DNA of 64,000 nucleotides, taken from an uncultured Actinomycetota bacterium (GTDB lineage: Bacteria; Actinomycetota; Actinomycetes; S36-B12; UBA10799). Positions 45,354-53,481 of the stretch are shown piece by piece. Both the position numbers and the translations under genes were made by a program. The notes beneath the pieces were generated by a model that had not been told where the DNA came from, made no database searches, and worked only from the letters and a program-made list of their open reading frames with translations. Positions within the stretch are counted from its first letter, which is position 1. Every line of letters begins with the position of its first letter. Location of the stretch: positions 667,096 through 731,095 of the forward strand of contig CAWFSJ010000001.1 in NCBI GenBank assembly GCA_963818505.1. The letters run 5' to 3'.

Positions 45354-46474
45354 GTGCGTGTCGGCAGTGTCAAGCGCACCTCAGTGCCTGTACCCGTGTC
45401 CCGAATGTCACAGGTCCCGCCGACGCGGCGCATGCGAGCGATCATGGACTCACGTACGCCCTTGCGATCGGCCGGGATGACTGTTGGGTCAAAGCCCGCG
45501 CCCCGGTCGCGCACGAAGACCGCGCTGTGCGCCTGCTCGACCTCGGCGTAGACACTGATCGCACCGCCGGAGTGCTTCGCAGCGTTGAGGACGGCCTCCC
45601 CGGCAGCGGCAACCAACGCGTGCCCGTCGTGATCCAGTTCCATGTCGCCGACGCTCACCACCTCTACGGTGACGGGGTATTCGGCTTCCACCCTCGCGGC
45701 CACGTTCGCCAAAGCGGCTGTCAGTGTCCCTTCGGGGTCTCCGACCGGCTCGTAAAGCCACGACCGCAGGTGTCGTTCTTCGGCTCGCGCGAGCCGCACG
45801 ACCTGCTCGGGATCGTTCGCATGACCGCGGATGAGAGTCAGCGTCTGCAACACCGAATCGTGCACCTGGGTCGCCAGTTCTGCGCGCGCCTGTGAACGGA
45901 TCCGCTCCTGCCTCTCGTTGGTGAGTTCCTGGTAGAGACCCGCGATCCAGGGCATCGCGATCAGACCGACACCGGCCAACAACAGAATCGCGACAGCCAA
46001 CGCGTTCAGCACCGACCGCACGCCCAGCCCACTGATCGCGAGCCCGCCCATACCCAACACGACCAGCAGGATGCCGAGAACGAGGGCGGTCCATTGCAGA
46101 CCGTCCGGACGCACGCGCCTCGACGGTGACAGCCTGGTCCACACCACCGTCGCACCGAGCGCCACGACAGCCAGCGGCAATCCGATCTGCATCCAGCCGC
46201 TGCTTGGGAAGAACAACAGTCCGCCCACTACCAACGCCGAGAAGGCGAGAAGGCGCACGGTGTCGGACTCGTCGGGGTCTGCAGGTGGCAGCACGGCCCA
46301 GAACGCTGCGTACGCGATCACGCCTATTCCGCCGAAGAGACTCAACACGACGAAGATCAGGCGAATCGCACCAACCGGCCACCCCAGATGGTCGGCCAGC
46401 CCCACGGCCACTCCCCCGATCCACCGTCCCTGCGTCTGACGATAGGCACGCGGAGGCGCGACGTGGGTACTCAC
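45350..46474 (-). CDS. PspC-domain sensor histidine kinase (LiaS-like)
   Basis: N-terminal PspC domain (WIGGVAVGLADHLGWPVGAIRLIFVVL), several TM helices, HisKA_3-like H box ATQVHDSVLQ, HATPase (NAAKHSG, RDRGAGF). Start is GTG 46474 or ATG 46543. Confidence 0.85.
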   Translation of the reverse strand: MSTHVAPPRAYRQTQGRWIGGVAVGLADHLGWPVGAIRLIFVVLSLFGGIGVIAYAAFWAVLPPADPDESDTVRLLAFSALVVGGLLFFPSSGWMQIGLPLAVVALGATVVWTRLSPSRRVRPDGLQWTALVLGILLVVLGMGGLAISGLGVRSVLNALAVAILLLAGVGLIAMPWIAGLYQELTNERQERIRSQARAELATQVHDSVLQTLTLIRGHANDPEQVVRLARAEERHLRSWLYEPVGDPEGTLTAALANVAARVEAEYPVTVEVVSVGDMELDHDGHALVAAAGEAVLNAAKHSGGAISVYAEVEQAHSAVFVRDRGAGFDPTVIPADRKGVRESMIARMRRVGGTCDIRDTGTGTEVRLTLPTRT

Positions 46475-46585
46475 ACGACCATTGTCGCCCACTCGACGCG
46501 TCGGGGGATCGGGGTGAAACCCTGAGAAGAAGATCAGGGTCATCACCGGATGTGGGGCAACGTCGTTCGGGCAGACAGTGGAGCC

Positions 46586-47803
46586 ATGGATGAAACAACG
46601 ATGCAAGTGACACCCACACCACCGCCGGCGAACCCACCGAGGCTGCTGAGGCGCAGTTCCAGCGACCGCGTGTTCGGGGGTGTTTGCGGCGGGCTGGGCC
46701 GGTACTGGAACGTTGACCCCGTTGTTCTGCGGGTCGTGTTCGGGATCTCGTTGCTGGTGGGCGGGCTCGGTCTGTTCGCCTACCTCGCCATGTGGTGGTT
46801 GGTACCCGATGAGTCAGCTCCTGCGACTGCGCGTCTCAATCCGTCCTGGGTGCTGGTCGGGCTGGGCTGCATCGCAGCAGGGATCGCGGGCCTGATCGGG
46901 CTCGGTCTGCTGTTCAGCGACGGCGGCAGCGGAGTCCTGCTCGGCGCCTTGATCGCAGGTGTCGTGATCTGGATCGTTCTGAGCCAGCGACAAACCAGGT
47001 CCACGACGAACATGGCGCCGATCCCTGCGCCCGAGCAGGGCTACGCATACGGGGGCACGGGCGACTACACCCAGACCTCGGTTCTGCCCGAAGCACCACA
47101 ACTGCCCCCCGCCCCGCCGCGGCAGACCTCCTACCTGGGATTGGCCGGCCTGTGTGCGGCGATCGCCGCAACCGGCATCGCGTTGCTTGTGTCGGGCAAC
47201 CCCGTGGTCGTGCTGGCAGCCGGGCTGTTGTCACTGGGTGTGACGCTGGTAATCGGCGCCTTCCGGGGTCGCGCCCGGTGGCTGCTCTTCTTCGCGATCC
47301 CGCTGTTCATGATCATGACCCTTGTGGGCCAAGTGCAACGACTCGACGTGAACGCGGGTGAGTTGACGTGGTTTCCAACGGCGGACAACACCACGTACAG
47401 CCTGACAGCAGGGACTCTGGACGTCGACTTCTCCGACTGGCAGGGCGTCCCCGCCGACGGCGACACGGTTCGCATCGACGTAGGGGTCGGAGAGGTGCGA
47501 GTCGCCGCGCCCAGCAACTGGGACCTGATCGTATGGACCGACTTCGGCATCCCGGGTTCGGTTGAAGTTGGGGGCGAGAACGGCTTCACAAGGACCAACG
47601 GTGACGGCGGCCGCTTCCGCACACTGATCCCAGCCACAACCGAAAAAGCCGACGGTTCCCTGCAAATCGACCTTTTCGTACAGGCCGGTGCTGTGTTCGT
47701 GGAGCCGGGAGCCCCGGCCGTCGGCAAGACGCCGGAAAGCACGGGCGCGCAAGAGCCCACCAAGAAGATGCCGGACAACAACAAGAAGGAGCAGGCACGA
47801 TGA
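46586..47803 (+). CDS. PspC-domain membrane protein with a LiaF-like C-terminal domain
   Basis: PspC motif VFGGVCGGLGRYWNVDPVVLRVVFGI, multiple TM helices, beta-rich C-terminal domain. Divergent from the kinase gene. Confidence 0.75.
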   Translation: MDETTMQVTPTPPPANPPRLLRRSSSDRVFGGVCGGLGRYWNVDPVVLRVVFGISLLVGGLGLFAYLAMWWLVPDESAPATARLNPSWVLVGLGCIAAGIAGLIGLGLLFSDGGSGVLLGALIAGVVIWIVLSQRQTRSTTNMAPIPAPEQGYAYGGTGDYTQTSVLPEAPQLPPAPPRQTSYLGLAGLCAAIAATGIALLVSGNPVVVLAAGLLSLGVTLVIGAFRGRARWLLFFAIPLFMIMTLVGQVQRLDVNAGELTWFPTADNTTYSLTAGTLDVDFSDWQGVPADGDTVRIDVGVGEVRVAAPSNWDLIVWTDFGIPGSVEVGGENGFTRTNGDGGRFRTLIPATTEKADGSLQIDLFVQAGAVFVEPGAPAVGKTPESTGAQEPTKKMPDNNKKEQAR

Positions 47804-47988
47804 GCAAGCACCCACTGGACGTCCTCAGCCTCGGTGCCGGTGTGATGTTCACACTCTTCGCACTGGCCTACATGCTCATCCCGGAAGCCATCAGTTGGAC
47901 GGTGACGGTTCCCCTGATGCTGGTCGGTCTCGGAGTGTTCGGCATGACCGCCGCAGTCGTCGCCCAGCGCCGACGGCAGTCTCAATAG
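47800..47988 (+). CDS. Small two-helix membrane protein (62 aa)
   Basis: ATGA overlap with the upstream PspC gene. Two hydrophobic helices. Confidence 0.55.
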   Translation: MSKHPLDVLSLGAGVMFTLFALAYMLIPEAISWTVTVPLMLVGLGVFGMTAAVVAQRRRQSQ

Positions 47989-48009
47989 TTGTCCACTGAC
48001 TGACGACTC

Positions 48010-48047
48010 AAGAGGGTTCCCGGGAGACTGCTCCCGGGAACCCTCTT
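48010..48047 (+). terminator. Terminator hairpin (perfect 17-bp stem, 4-nt loop)
   Basis: AAGAGGGTTCCCGGGAG actg CTCCCGGGAACCCTCTT, 22 nt after the stop at 47988, followed by CTC. Confidence 0.75.
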
Positions 48048-48121
48048 CTCGCGTGCACACTCACTGTGACCGTGGTGCACATTCGGGCACTTCGCGCGAA
48101 ACCCGGTGTTAGCGTGCCCGG

Positions 48122-49900
48122 ATGCAAGACAGCGCATTGATCGAATTCGGTCTCCCTCTCGTCCTTGCCTTCGTCATGATTGGCATCGGGCTCACGCTGC
48201 AGGTTGATGACTTCACCAGGCAGAGGCACAGGCCCCTACCCGCGATCGTGGGGACCATCGGTTGGGCCATCGGGATTCCGCTGATCGGCTTCGCTGTCGT
48301 CACAGTCTTCAACATGTCCACCCCGCTGGCGATCGGGGTCATACTGGTCGCCGCTACATCGGGCGGAACGACGTCGAACGTCATGGCCTACCTCGCCAAA
48401 GGAAACGTGGCATTGGGTCTGGTGCTGACCGTCGTGACCGCTCTGCTGTCCATCTTGACGCTGCCGTTCTGGGTCGGTCTGGCGCTGCGTATGTGGTCCG
48501 ACGATCTTCCCGCGGGCAGCTACGTCAGTGTGTCGTTCGGCGATGTGGCTGGTCTGCTGGTCGCGATCATCTTCATCCCCGTCGGGCTGGGCATGATCCT
48601 GCGTTACAAGAAACCAGCCCTGGCCTCTCGGCTGGAACGAGCCGTCTCCCTGGTCAGTTTCGTCGTGCTGTTCGGCCTGATCATCGGAGTCGTCGCAAGC
48701 CTGGGAAGCGAGGCCTTCACAATGCTTGCTCAGGCTGGTCCCGCTTGCCTGGTTCTGGCCTGTCTGGCGGCCGTCTTCGGCATCGTTCTCGGCAAGATCT
48801 TCCGCCTCGACGATGCGGACAACATCGCCATCGGCATGGAGTTCTCGATCAAGAACGTCACGCTCAGCATGCTGATCGCCCTGAGTGCTCTGGGCTCGGA
48901 CGAGATGGCCCTCCCGAGCGCGGTGTACGGGGTTGTCGCTTACATCCCGGGGCTGGCCCTCATGCGACTTGGGCGCAAGTGGATGGCCGGGCGACACTCC
49001 GCGACCGAAGTCGAGTCCCAGGAGCCGCCGATCGTGGTCGGGTATTCCGGTTCGAAGGCGTGTCTACCCGCGGTGCGGTGGGCTGCCGGCGAAGCATTGG
49101 CGACCGAACGTCCGCTTCGTGTCGTCATGGCTTGGGGGATGCCGACCTTCGGCATCTCACCGGTGTCGCAGGCGGCCGACCTCGACCGCACCCACGCTGA
49201 GGCCGTCCTCAACGCGGTTGTGTTCCAACTGCGCGCCGACATGGTCGGACTGGACGTCGAGGGCGAACTGTTGCGCGGCAAGCCCGCCCAGGGACTGCTC
49301 GATCGGGCTGCAGACGCACACATGCTCGTGATCGGGAACAGGAGTCGCGGCAATATCGCACGAATGGTCTTGGGCTCGGTGTCGGCAGCAGTCGTCACGC
49401 ATGCCGATATCCCTGTGGTTCTCGTCCGCGAGGACGCAGATCGCAACGCCGCCGCCTTCCGCGATGGACCTGTCGTCGTGGGCGTGGACGGCTCGCCGGG
49501 TTCAGAGGCCGCGGTCTCATTCGCCATGGAGGCCTCGATCCGCCACGGCATGACCGTCTTCGCGGTCCACAACGTCGACGACCAGGTGCTCGCCCGAACC
49601 GGTCCGCAGTCCAGCGGGGGGACCGCGACGGCGACACCGTTGCAGGAGGCAAGACTGCTCGAAATCTCCCCGGCATTGAAGGCTGCTCGCACGGAGTACC
49701 CGGCGGTGGCGGTCACTGAAGTCATGGGGTCCGGCCACGCCAGCGATTCCATCGTGGAGGCAGGCGATGGCGCAGCGATGACGGTCGTCGGAAGCCGCGG
49801 GCATGGTGGGTTCAAGGGTCTGCTGCTCGGATCGGTCAGCCGGGCCGTCATCGAACACGTCGAATCCCCAGTTGCTGTCATCCGTCCGCCCCGCACATGA
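48122..49900 (+). CDS. Fusion protein: bile acid/Na+ symporter (BASS)-family transporter plus two universal stress protein domains
   Basis: N-terminal polytopic region of about 290 aa (IGIGLTLQVDDF, SGGTTSNV), then two USP domains (VVGYSG...LVIGNRSRG..MVLGSVS and VVGVDGSPGS...VVGSRGHGGFKGLLLGSVS) in one uninterrupted 592-aa frame. Confidence 0.8.
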   Translation: MQDSALIEFGLPLVLAFVMIGIGLTLQVDDFTRQRHRPLPAIVGTIGWAIGIPLIGFAVVTVFNMSTPLAIGVILVAATSGGTTSNVMAYLAKGNVALGLVLTVVTALLSILTLPFWVGLALRMWSDDLPAGSYVSVSFGDVAGLLVAIIFIPVGLGMILRYKKPALASRLERAVSLVSFVVLFGLIIGVVASLGSEAFTMLAQAGPACLVLACLAAVFGIVLGKIFRLDDADNIAIGMEFSIKNVTLSMLIALSALGSDEMALPSAVYGVVAYIPGLALMRLGRKWMAGRHSATEVESQEPPIVVGYSGSKACLPAVRWAAGEALATERPLRVVMAWGMPTFGISPVSQAADLDRTHAEAVLNAVVFQLRADMVGLDVEGELLRGKPAQGLLDRAADAHMLVIGNRSRGNIARMVLGSVSAAVVTHADIPVVLVREDADRNAAAFRDGPVVVGVDGSPGSEAAVSFAMEASIRHGMTVFAVHNVDDQVLARTGPQSSGGTATATPLQEARLLEISPALKAARTEYPAVAVTEVMGSGHASDSIVEAGDGAAMTVVGSRGHGGFKGLLLGSVSRAVIEHVESPVAVIRPPRT

Positions 49901-49990
49901 CCCGGTTCTCACCTCGCGCCGCGCGCGTGAACTGTGTCAAAGTGACTTTCTGCGCCAAAACCGCCGCCCAACCGCATCCCAGGAGGCAAT

Positions 49991-50035
49991 ATGAGTCGCA
50001 CCGGTGACCACGCCGAGGAAGCCACAGACCAGTAA
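49991..50035 (+). CDS. Possible 14-codon upstream ORF (MSRTGDHAEEATDQ)
   Basis: ATG lies 4 nt after a perfect AGGAGG. TAA stop lies 55 nt before the fadD ATG. No other support. Confidence 0.25.
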   Translation: MSRTGDHAEEATDQ

Positions 50036-50090
50036 CTTCCCTGACAAGAAGCCAACCCCCACCGCCACTACTTGAGGAGAATTCAAGAAA

Positions 50091-51920
50091 ATGTCACAGA
50101 ACATCTCCGGCGACCTAGCCGCCGAGTTGCCGCCCCGGGCCACGACCCTGTCCCAGTCGATCCTTGACCGAATCGCCGAAACACCCGACGCCCCAGCCTT
50201 CGGCTCTCCGAACGAGGACGGGACCTGGAGCGTGCGGACGTGGAAAGAAGCCGGCGACGAGATGAACCGGTTGGCTGCTGGATTCCTGGCCCTCGGGCTC
50301 AAACCCGAGGAGCGGGTGGCGATCGCGAGCAACACTCGCGTCGAGTGGGTGCTGGCCGATGGCGGCGTGATGCTGGCGGGCGGGGCGAACACCACGATCT
50401 ACCCCAGCACAGGTGAGGAGGACTTCGAGTACATCATGAACGACTCGGGGTCACGCTTCCTTGTTGCTGAGGATCAGAGCCAGGCCGACAAGGCCCTTTC
50501 GCATGCCAATGAGATCCCGGCGCTCGAGAAGATCATCCTTATCGACGGTCAGGGTGACGGAGACCGCGTGATCTCCTGGGCCGACCTCGAAGCGATGGGT
50601 GCCCAGGCTCTGGCAGCTGACCCCCAGCTCGTGGCGAACACCGTGGCCGCCATCAAGCCTGAGTCGTTGGCGACCCTGATCTACACCTCGGGGACGACAG
50701 GCCGGCCCAAAGGTGTGATGCTTCCGCAGAGCAACTGGGTCTTCCAGGGAGCCAGCATGCAGGCACTGGGCGTTGTGCGAAACGACGATGTGCAGTTCCT
50801 CTGGCTGCCGTTGGCGCACTCGTTCGGCAAAGTACTCATCTCAGCGGCATACCAGGTCGGCTTCGTGACCTACATCGACGGCCGGGTTCCCAAGATTGTC
50901 GAGAATCTGCCGGTCGTCCAGCCGTCCATCATGGCTGGGGTCCCCCGGATCTTCGAGAAGATCTACCAAGGCGCCAACGCCAAGGCGAAGGCCGGCGGTG
51001 GGGCGAAGGCCAAGATCTTCGACTGGGCGTTCGGGGCATCTACCGAGATCAAGGAGAAGCAGCGCGCGGGAGAGTCGGCTGGCCCGATGGCATCTACCCG
51101 CATGGCGCTCGCGAACAAGTTGGTGTTCTCCAAGATCCAGGCGCTCACCGGTGGCCGGATGCGCGTCATGATCTCCGGTTCCGCAGCTCTGAACGGCGAC
51201 GTGGCACGTTGGTTCGACGCAGCCGGCCTGCCGATCATCGAGGGCTACGGTCTTACCGAGAACTCCGCCGCCGCCTGTGTCGTCCGGCCGAGCGACCTGG
51301 TCTTCGGGTCGGTCGGACAACCACTGCCCGGCACCCAGGTCATGATCGCCGACGACGGTGAAGTGCTCCTGCGCGGACCTCACGTGATGGCTGGTTACTG
51401 GAACCTTCCAGAGGCCAACGCTGAGACGCTTCTGCCGGACGGCTGGTTGGCCACTGGTGACATCGGGGAGCTGGACGACCAAGGCCGGTTGAAGATCACC
51501 GACCGGAAGAAGGACCTGGTCAAGACCTCGGGCGGCAAGTACATCGCTCCCGGTCAGATCGCCGCTCAGTTCAAGGTGATCTCCGCACTGGCCTCCAACC
51601 TGGTAGTGCACGCCGGCGACCGCAATTACGCGACGGCGCTGATCTCACTGGACCCGGAGGCGTTGCAGAACTTCGCCACCGAGAACGGCCTGAGCGGTGA
51701 CCTGGAGACGCTGTCTCAGACCCCCGAGGTCCGTGCAGCGATCCAGGCCGATGTCGACGTGCTCAACAGCCACCTCAACAAGTGGGAGACGATCAAGAAG
51801 TTCACCATCCTGCCGCGGGACCTCTCCGAGGAGGACGGCGAGCTGACCGCCAGCCTGAAGGTGAAGCGCAAGGTCGTAGAGGACAACTACCGCGACCTGA
51901 TCGACGCCATGTACGCGTAG
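50091..51920 (+). CDS. fadD: Long-chain fatty acid--CoA ligase (AMP-dependent synthetase)
   Basis: AMP-binding motif LIYTSGTTGRPKGVML, GYGLTE and TGD..E.D..G.L.I.DRKKD motifs. Confidence 0.9.
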   Translation: MSQNISGDLAAELPPRATTLSQSILDRIAETPDAPAFGSPNEDGTWSVRTWKEAGDEMNRLAAGFLALGLKPEERVAIASNTRVEWVLADGGVMLAGGANTTIYPSTGEEDFEYIMNDSGSRFLVAEDQSQADKALSHANEIPALEKIILIDGQGDGDRVISWADLEAMGAQALAADPQLVANTVAAIKPESLATLIYTSGTTGRPKGVMLPQSNWVFQGASMQALGVVRNDDVQFLWLPLAHSFGKVLISAAYQVGFVTYIDGRVPKIVENLPVVQPSIMAGVPRIFEKIYQGANAKAKAGGGAKAKIFDWAFGASTEIKEKQRAGESAGPMASTRMALANKLVFSKIQALTGGRMRVMISGSAALNGDVARWFDAAGLPIIEGYGLTENSAAACVVRPSDLVFGSVGQPLPGTQVMIADDGEVLLRGPHVMAGYWNLPEANAETLLPDGWLATGDIGELDDQGRLKITDRKKDLVKTSGGKYIAPGQIAAQFKVISALASNLVVHAGDRNYATALISLDPEALQNFATENGLSGDLETLSQTPEVRAAIQADVDVLNSHLNKWETIKKFTILPRDLSEEDGELTASLKVKRKVVEDNYRDLIDAMYA

Positions 51921-51934
51921 GGACCCAACTAGTC

Positions 51935-51974
51935 GTTGCCGTCCAGGTAGACCCTTGGTCACCTGGGCGGCAAC
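51935..51974. terminator. Hairpin between the convergent fadD and SDR genes
   Basis: GTTGCCGTCCAGGT (12-nt loop) ACCTGGGCGGCAAC; 14-bp stem with one G-U position. Confidence 0.6.
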
Positions 51975-51980
51975 GCTGTT

Positions 51981-52751
51981 TCAGGTCAACCGTCGGGTCA
52001 AGGCTCCGGACAGCGGCAAGTAGACCCGTCGGGGGGTCATCTGCATGGCAAGCCGAATTGCGCGGTACGCGATCCCCGGGACACTGATCCCTCGTCCGGA
52101 GCGCAGGTCCTTGAGCGCGGTGTCCACGACATCGCGGGGATCCAACCAGAAGACCGACGGGACGTTCGCCTCCACCCCTGCACGCTGCTGGAAGTCGGTG
52201 GGCACCAGACCCGGGGTGAGCGCCAGTAACTGCACGCCACTGCCACTCAACTGCTCGCGAAGCCCCTGGGTGAACGACGTGACCCACGCCTTGCTCGCAG
52301 CATAGGTCGGCGCCTTGCTGTCGGGGGCGAACGAAGCCACCGACGACACGTTGATTACGGCGCCCTCCCCCCGTTCGATCATCGGGCCGACGGCCGCGTA
52401 TGTCAGGCGAAGCACTGCACGGACGTTGACCATGAGCATCTCGTCCTCGGCATCGAGGTCGTGCTCGATGAAGTCCCCCTCATAGAGCCCGAATCCGGCA
52501 TTGTTGACCAGCAAGTCGATGGGCTCGTCGGTGAGAACGTTTTCCACCCGGCGGCAGTCCACCACCCGTCCGAGGTCAGCACGAAGAACCTGGCAACCAA
52601 CGTCGAACTCGTCCTCGAGTTCCTGGGCCACGCTGTCCAGGTTCTGCTTGGTCCGGGCGACCAGAATGAGGTCGTATCCTTCGTCGGCGAGTTGTCGGGC
52701 GAAGTGGTATCCGATGCCGGAGGTGGCACCGGTGATTAAGGCTTTAGGCAT
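51981..52751 (-). CDS. SDR-family oxidoreductase
   Basis: ITGATSGIG, NNAG and YAASKA motifs. Start at MPKALITG. Confidence 0.85.
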   Translation of the reverse strand: MPKALITGATSGIGYHFARQLADEGYDLILVARTKQNLDSVAQELEDEFDVGCQVLRADLGRVVDCRRVENVLTDEPIDLLVNNAGFGLYEGDFIEHDLDAEDEMLMVNVRAVLRLTYAAVGPMIERGEGAVINVSSVASFAPDSKAPTYAASKAWVTSFTQGLREQLSGSGVQLLALTPGLVPTDFQQRAGVEANVPSVFWLDPRDVVDTALKDLRSGRGISVPGIAYRAIRLAMQMTPRRVYLPLSGALTRRLT

Positions 52752-52814
52752 AGCCAATAGTGACCCTCGTCCGACCACTTACCCCGAAGTGGGCCGTGAG
52801 TCGGCTCACACTAC

Positions 52815-53429
52815 TCAGTCGAAGATCGGTTCGACGTCGCGGCTTCGCTTCAGTTCGAAGAAGCCAGGGGTGCCCGCCACGAGGAGAACGCCGTCCCAGA
52901 GCTTGCCGGCTGCTTCGCCCTTCGGAGCGGGCGTGATCACCGGCCCGAAGAAGGCCACGCGATCGCCGTCAGGTCCAGGGACGTGGATCACAGGTGTTCC
53001 TACGTCTTGGCCGACAGGGTCCATACCTCGGGAGTGGGACTCGCGCAGCGCCTCGTCGTAGTCAGTGCTGTAGGCGACCTGCGCCAGCTCGCCGGGCAAG
53101 CCGTTCTCCGCGAGCGCCTTCGCGATCACAGCGTCGAAGTCGCGGTTCCCGTTTAGGTGGATTTCGGTCCCCAATGCTGTGTACAGATCCCGGGTCACGT
53201 CTTGGCCGTGCGCCTGTTGTGCGGCGATAACCACTCGCACCGGCCCCCATGCCTGCCGCAACAACTCGACGTACTCCTCGGGCATATCACGGCCCTCATT
53301 GAGCACAGCCAGGCTCATCACATGCCAGTCGACACTGATGTCGCGAACCTGCTCGACCTCCAGCATCCAGCGCGAGGTGAGCCATGCCCACGGACATACG
53401 GGATCGAAGTAGAAATCGACTGTGGTCAT
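52815..53429 (-). CDS. DsbA-like thioredoxin-fold protein (single-Cys CPWA motif)
   Basis: [19 protein letters not shown]-terminus, typical of the DSBA/FrnE-like family. 204 aa. Confidence 0.8.
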   Translation of the reverse strand: MTTVDFYFDPVCPWAWLTSRWMLEVEQVRDISVDWHVMSLAVLNEGRDMPEEYVELLRQAWGPVRVVIAAQQAHGQDVTRDLYTALGTEIHLNGNRDFDAVIAKALAENGLPGELAQVAYSTDYDEALRESHSRGMDPVGQDVGTPVIHVPGPDGDRVAFFGPVITPAPKGEAAGKLWDGVLLVAGTPGFFELKRSRDVEPIFD

Positions 53430-53481
53430 GTTTCAACTGTCCCCCGGGGTGACTCCGGGGGCAAACGCGGGTGGGGGCTGG

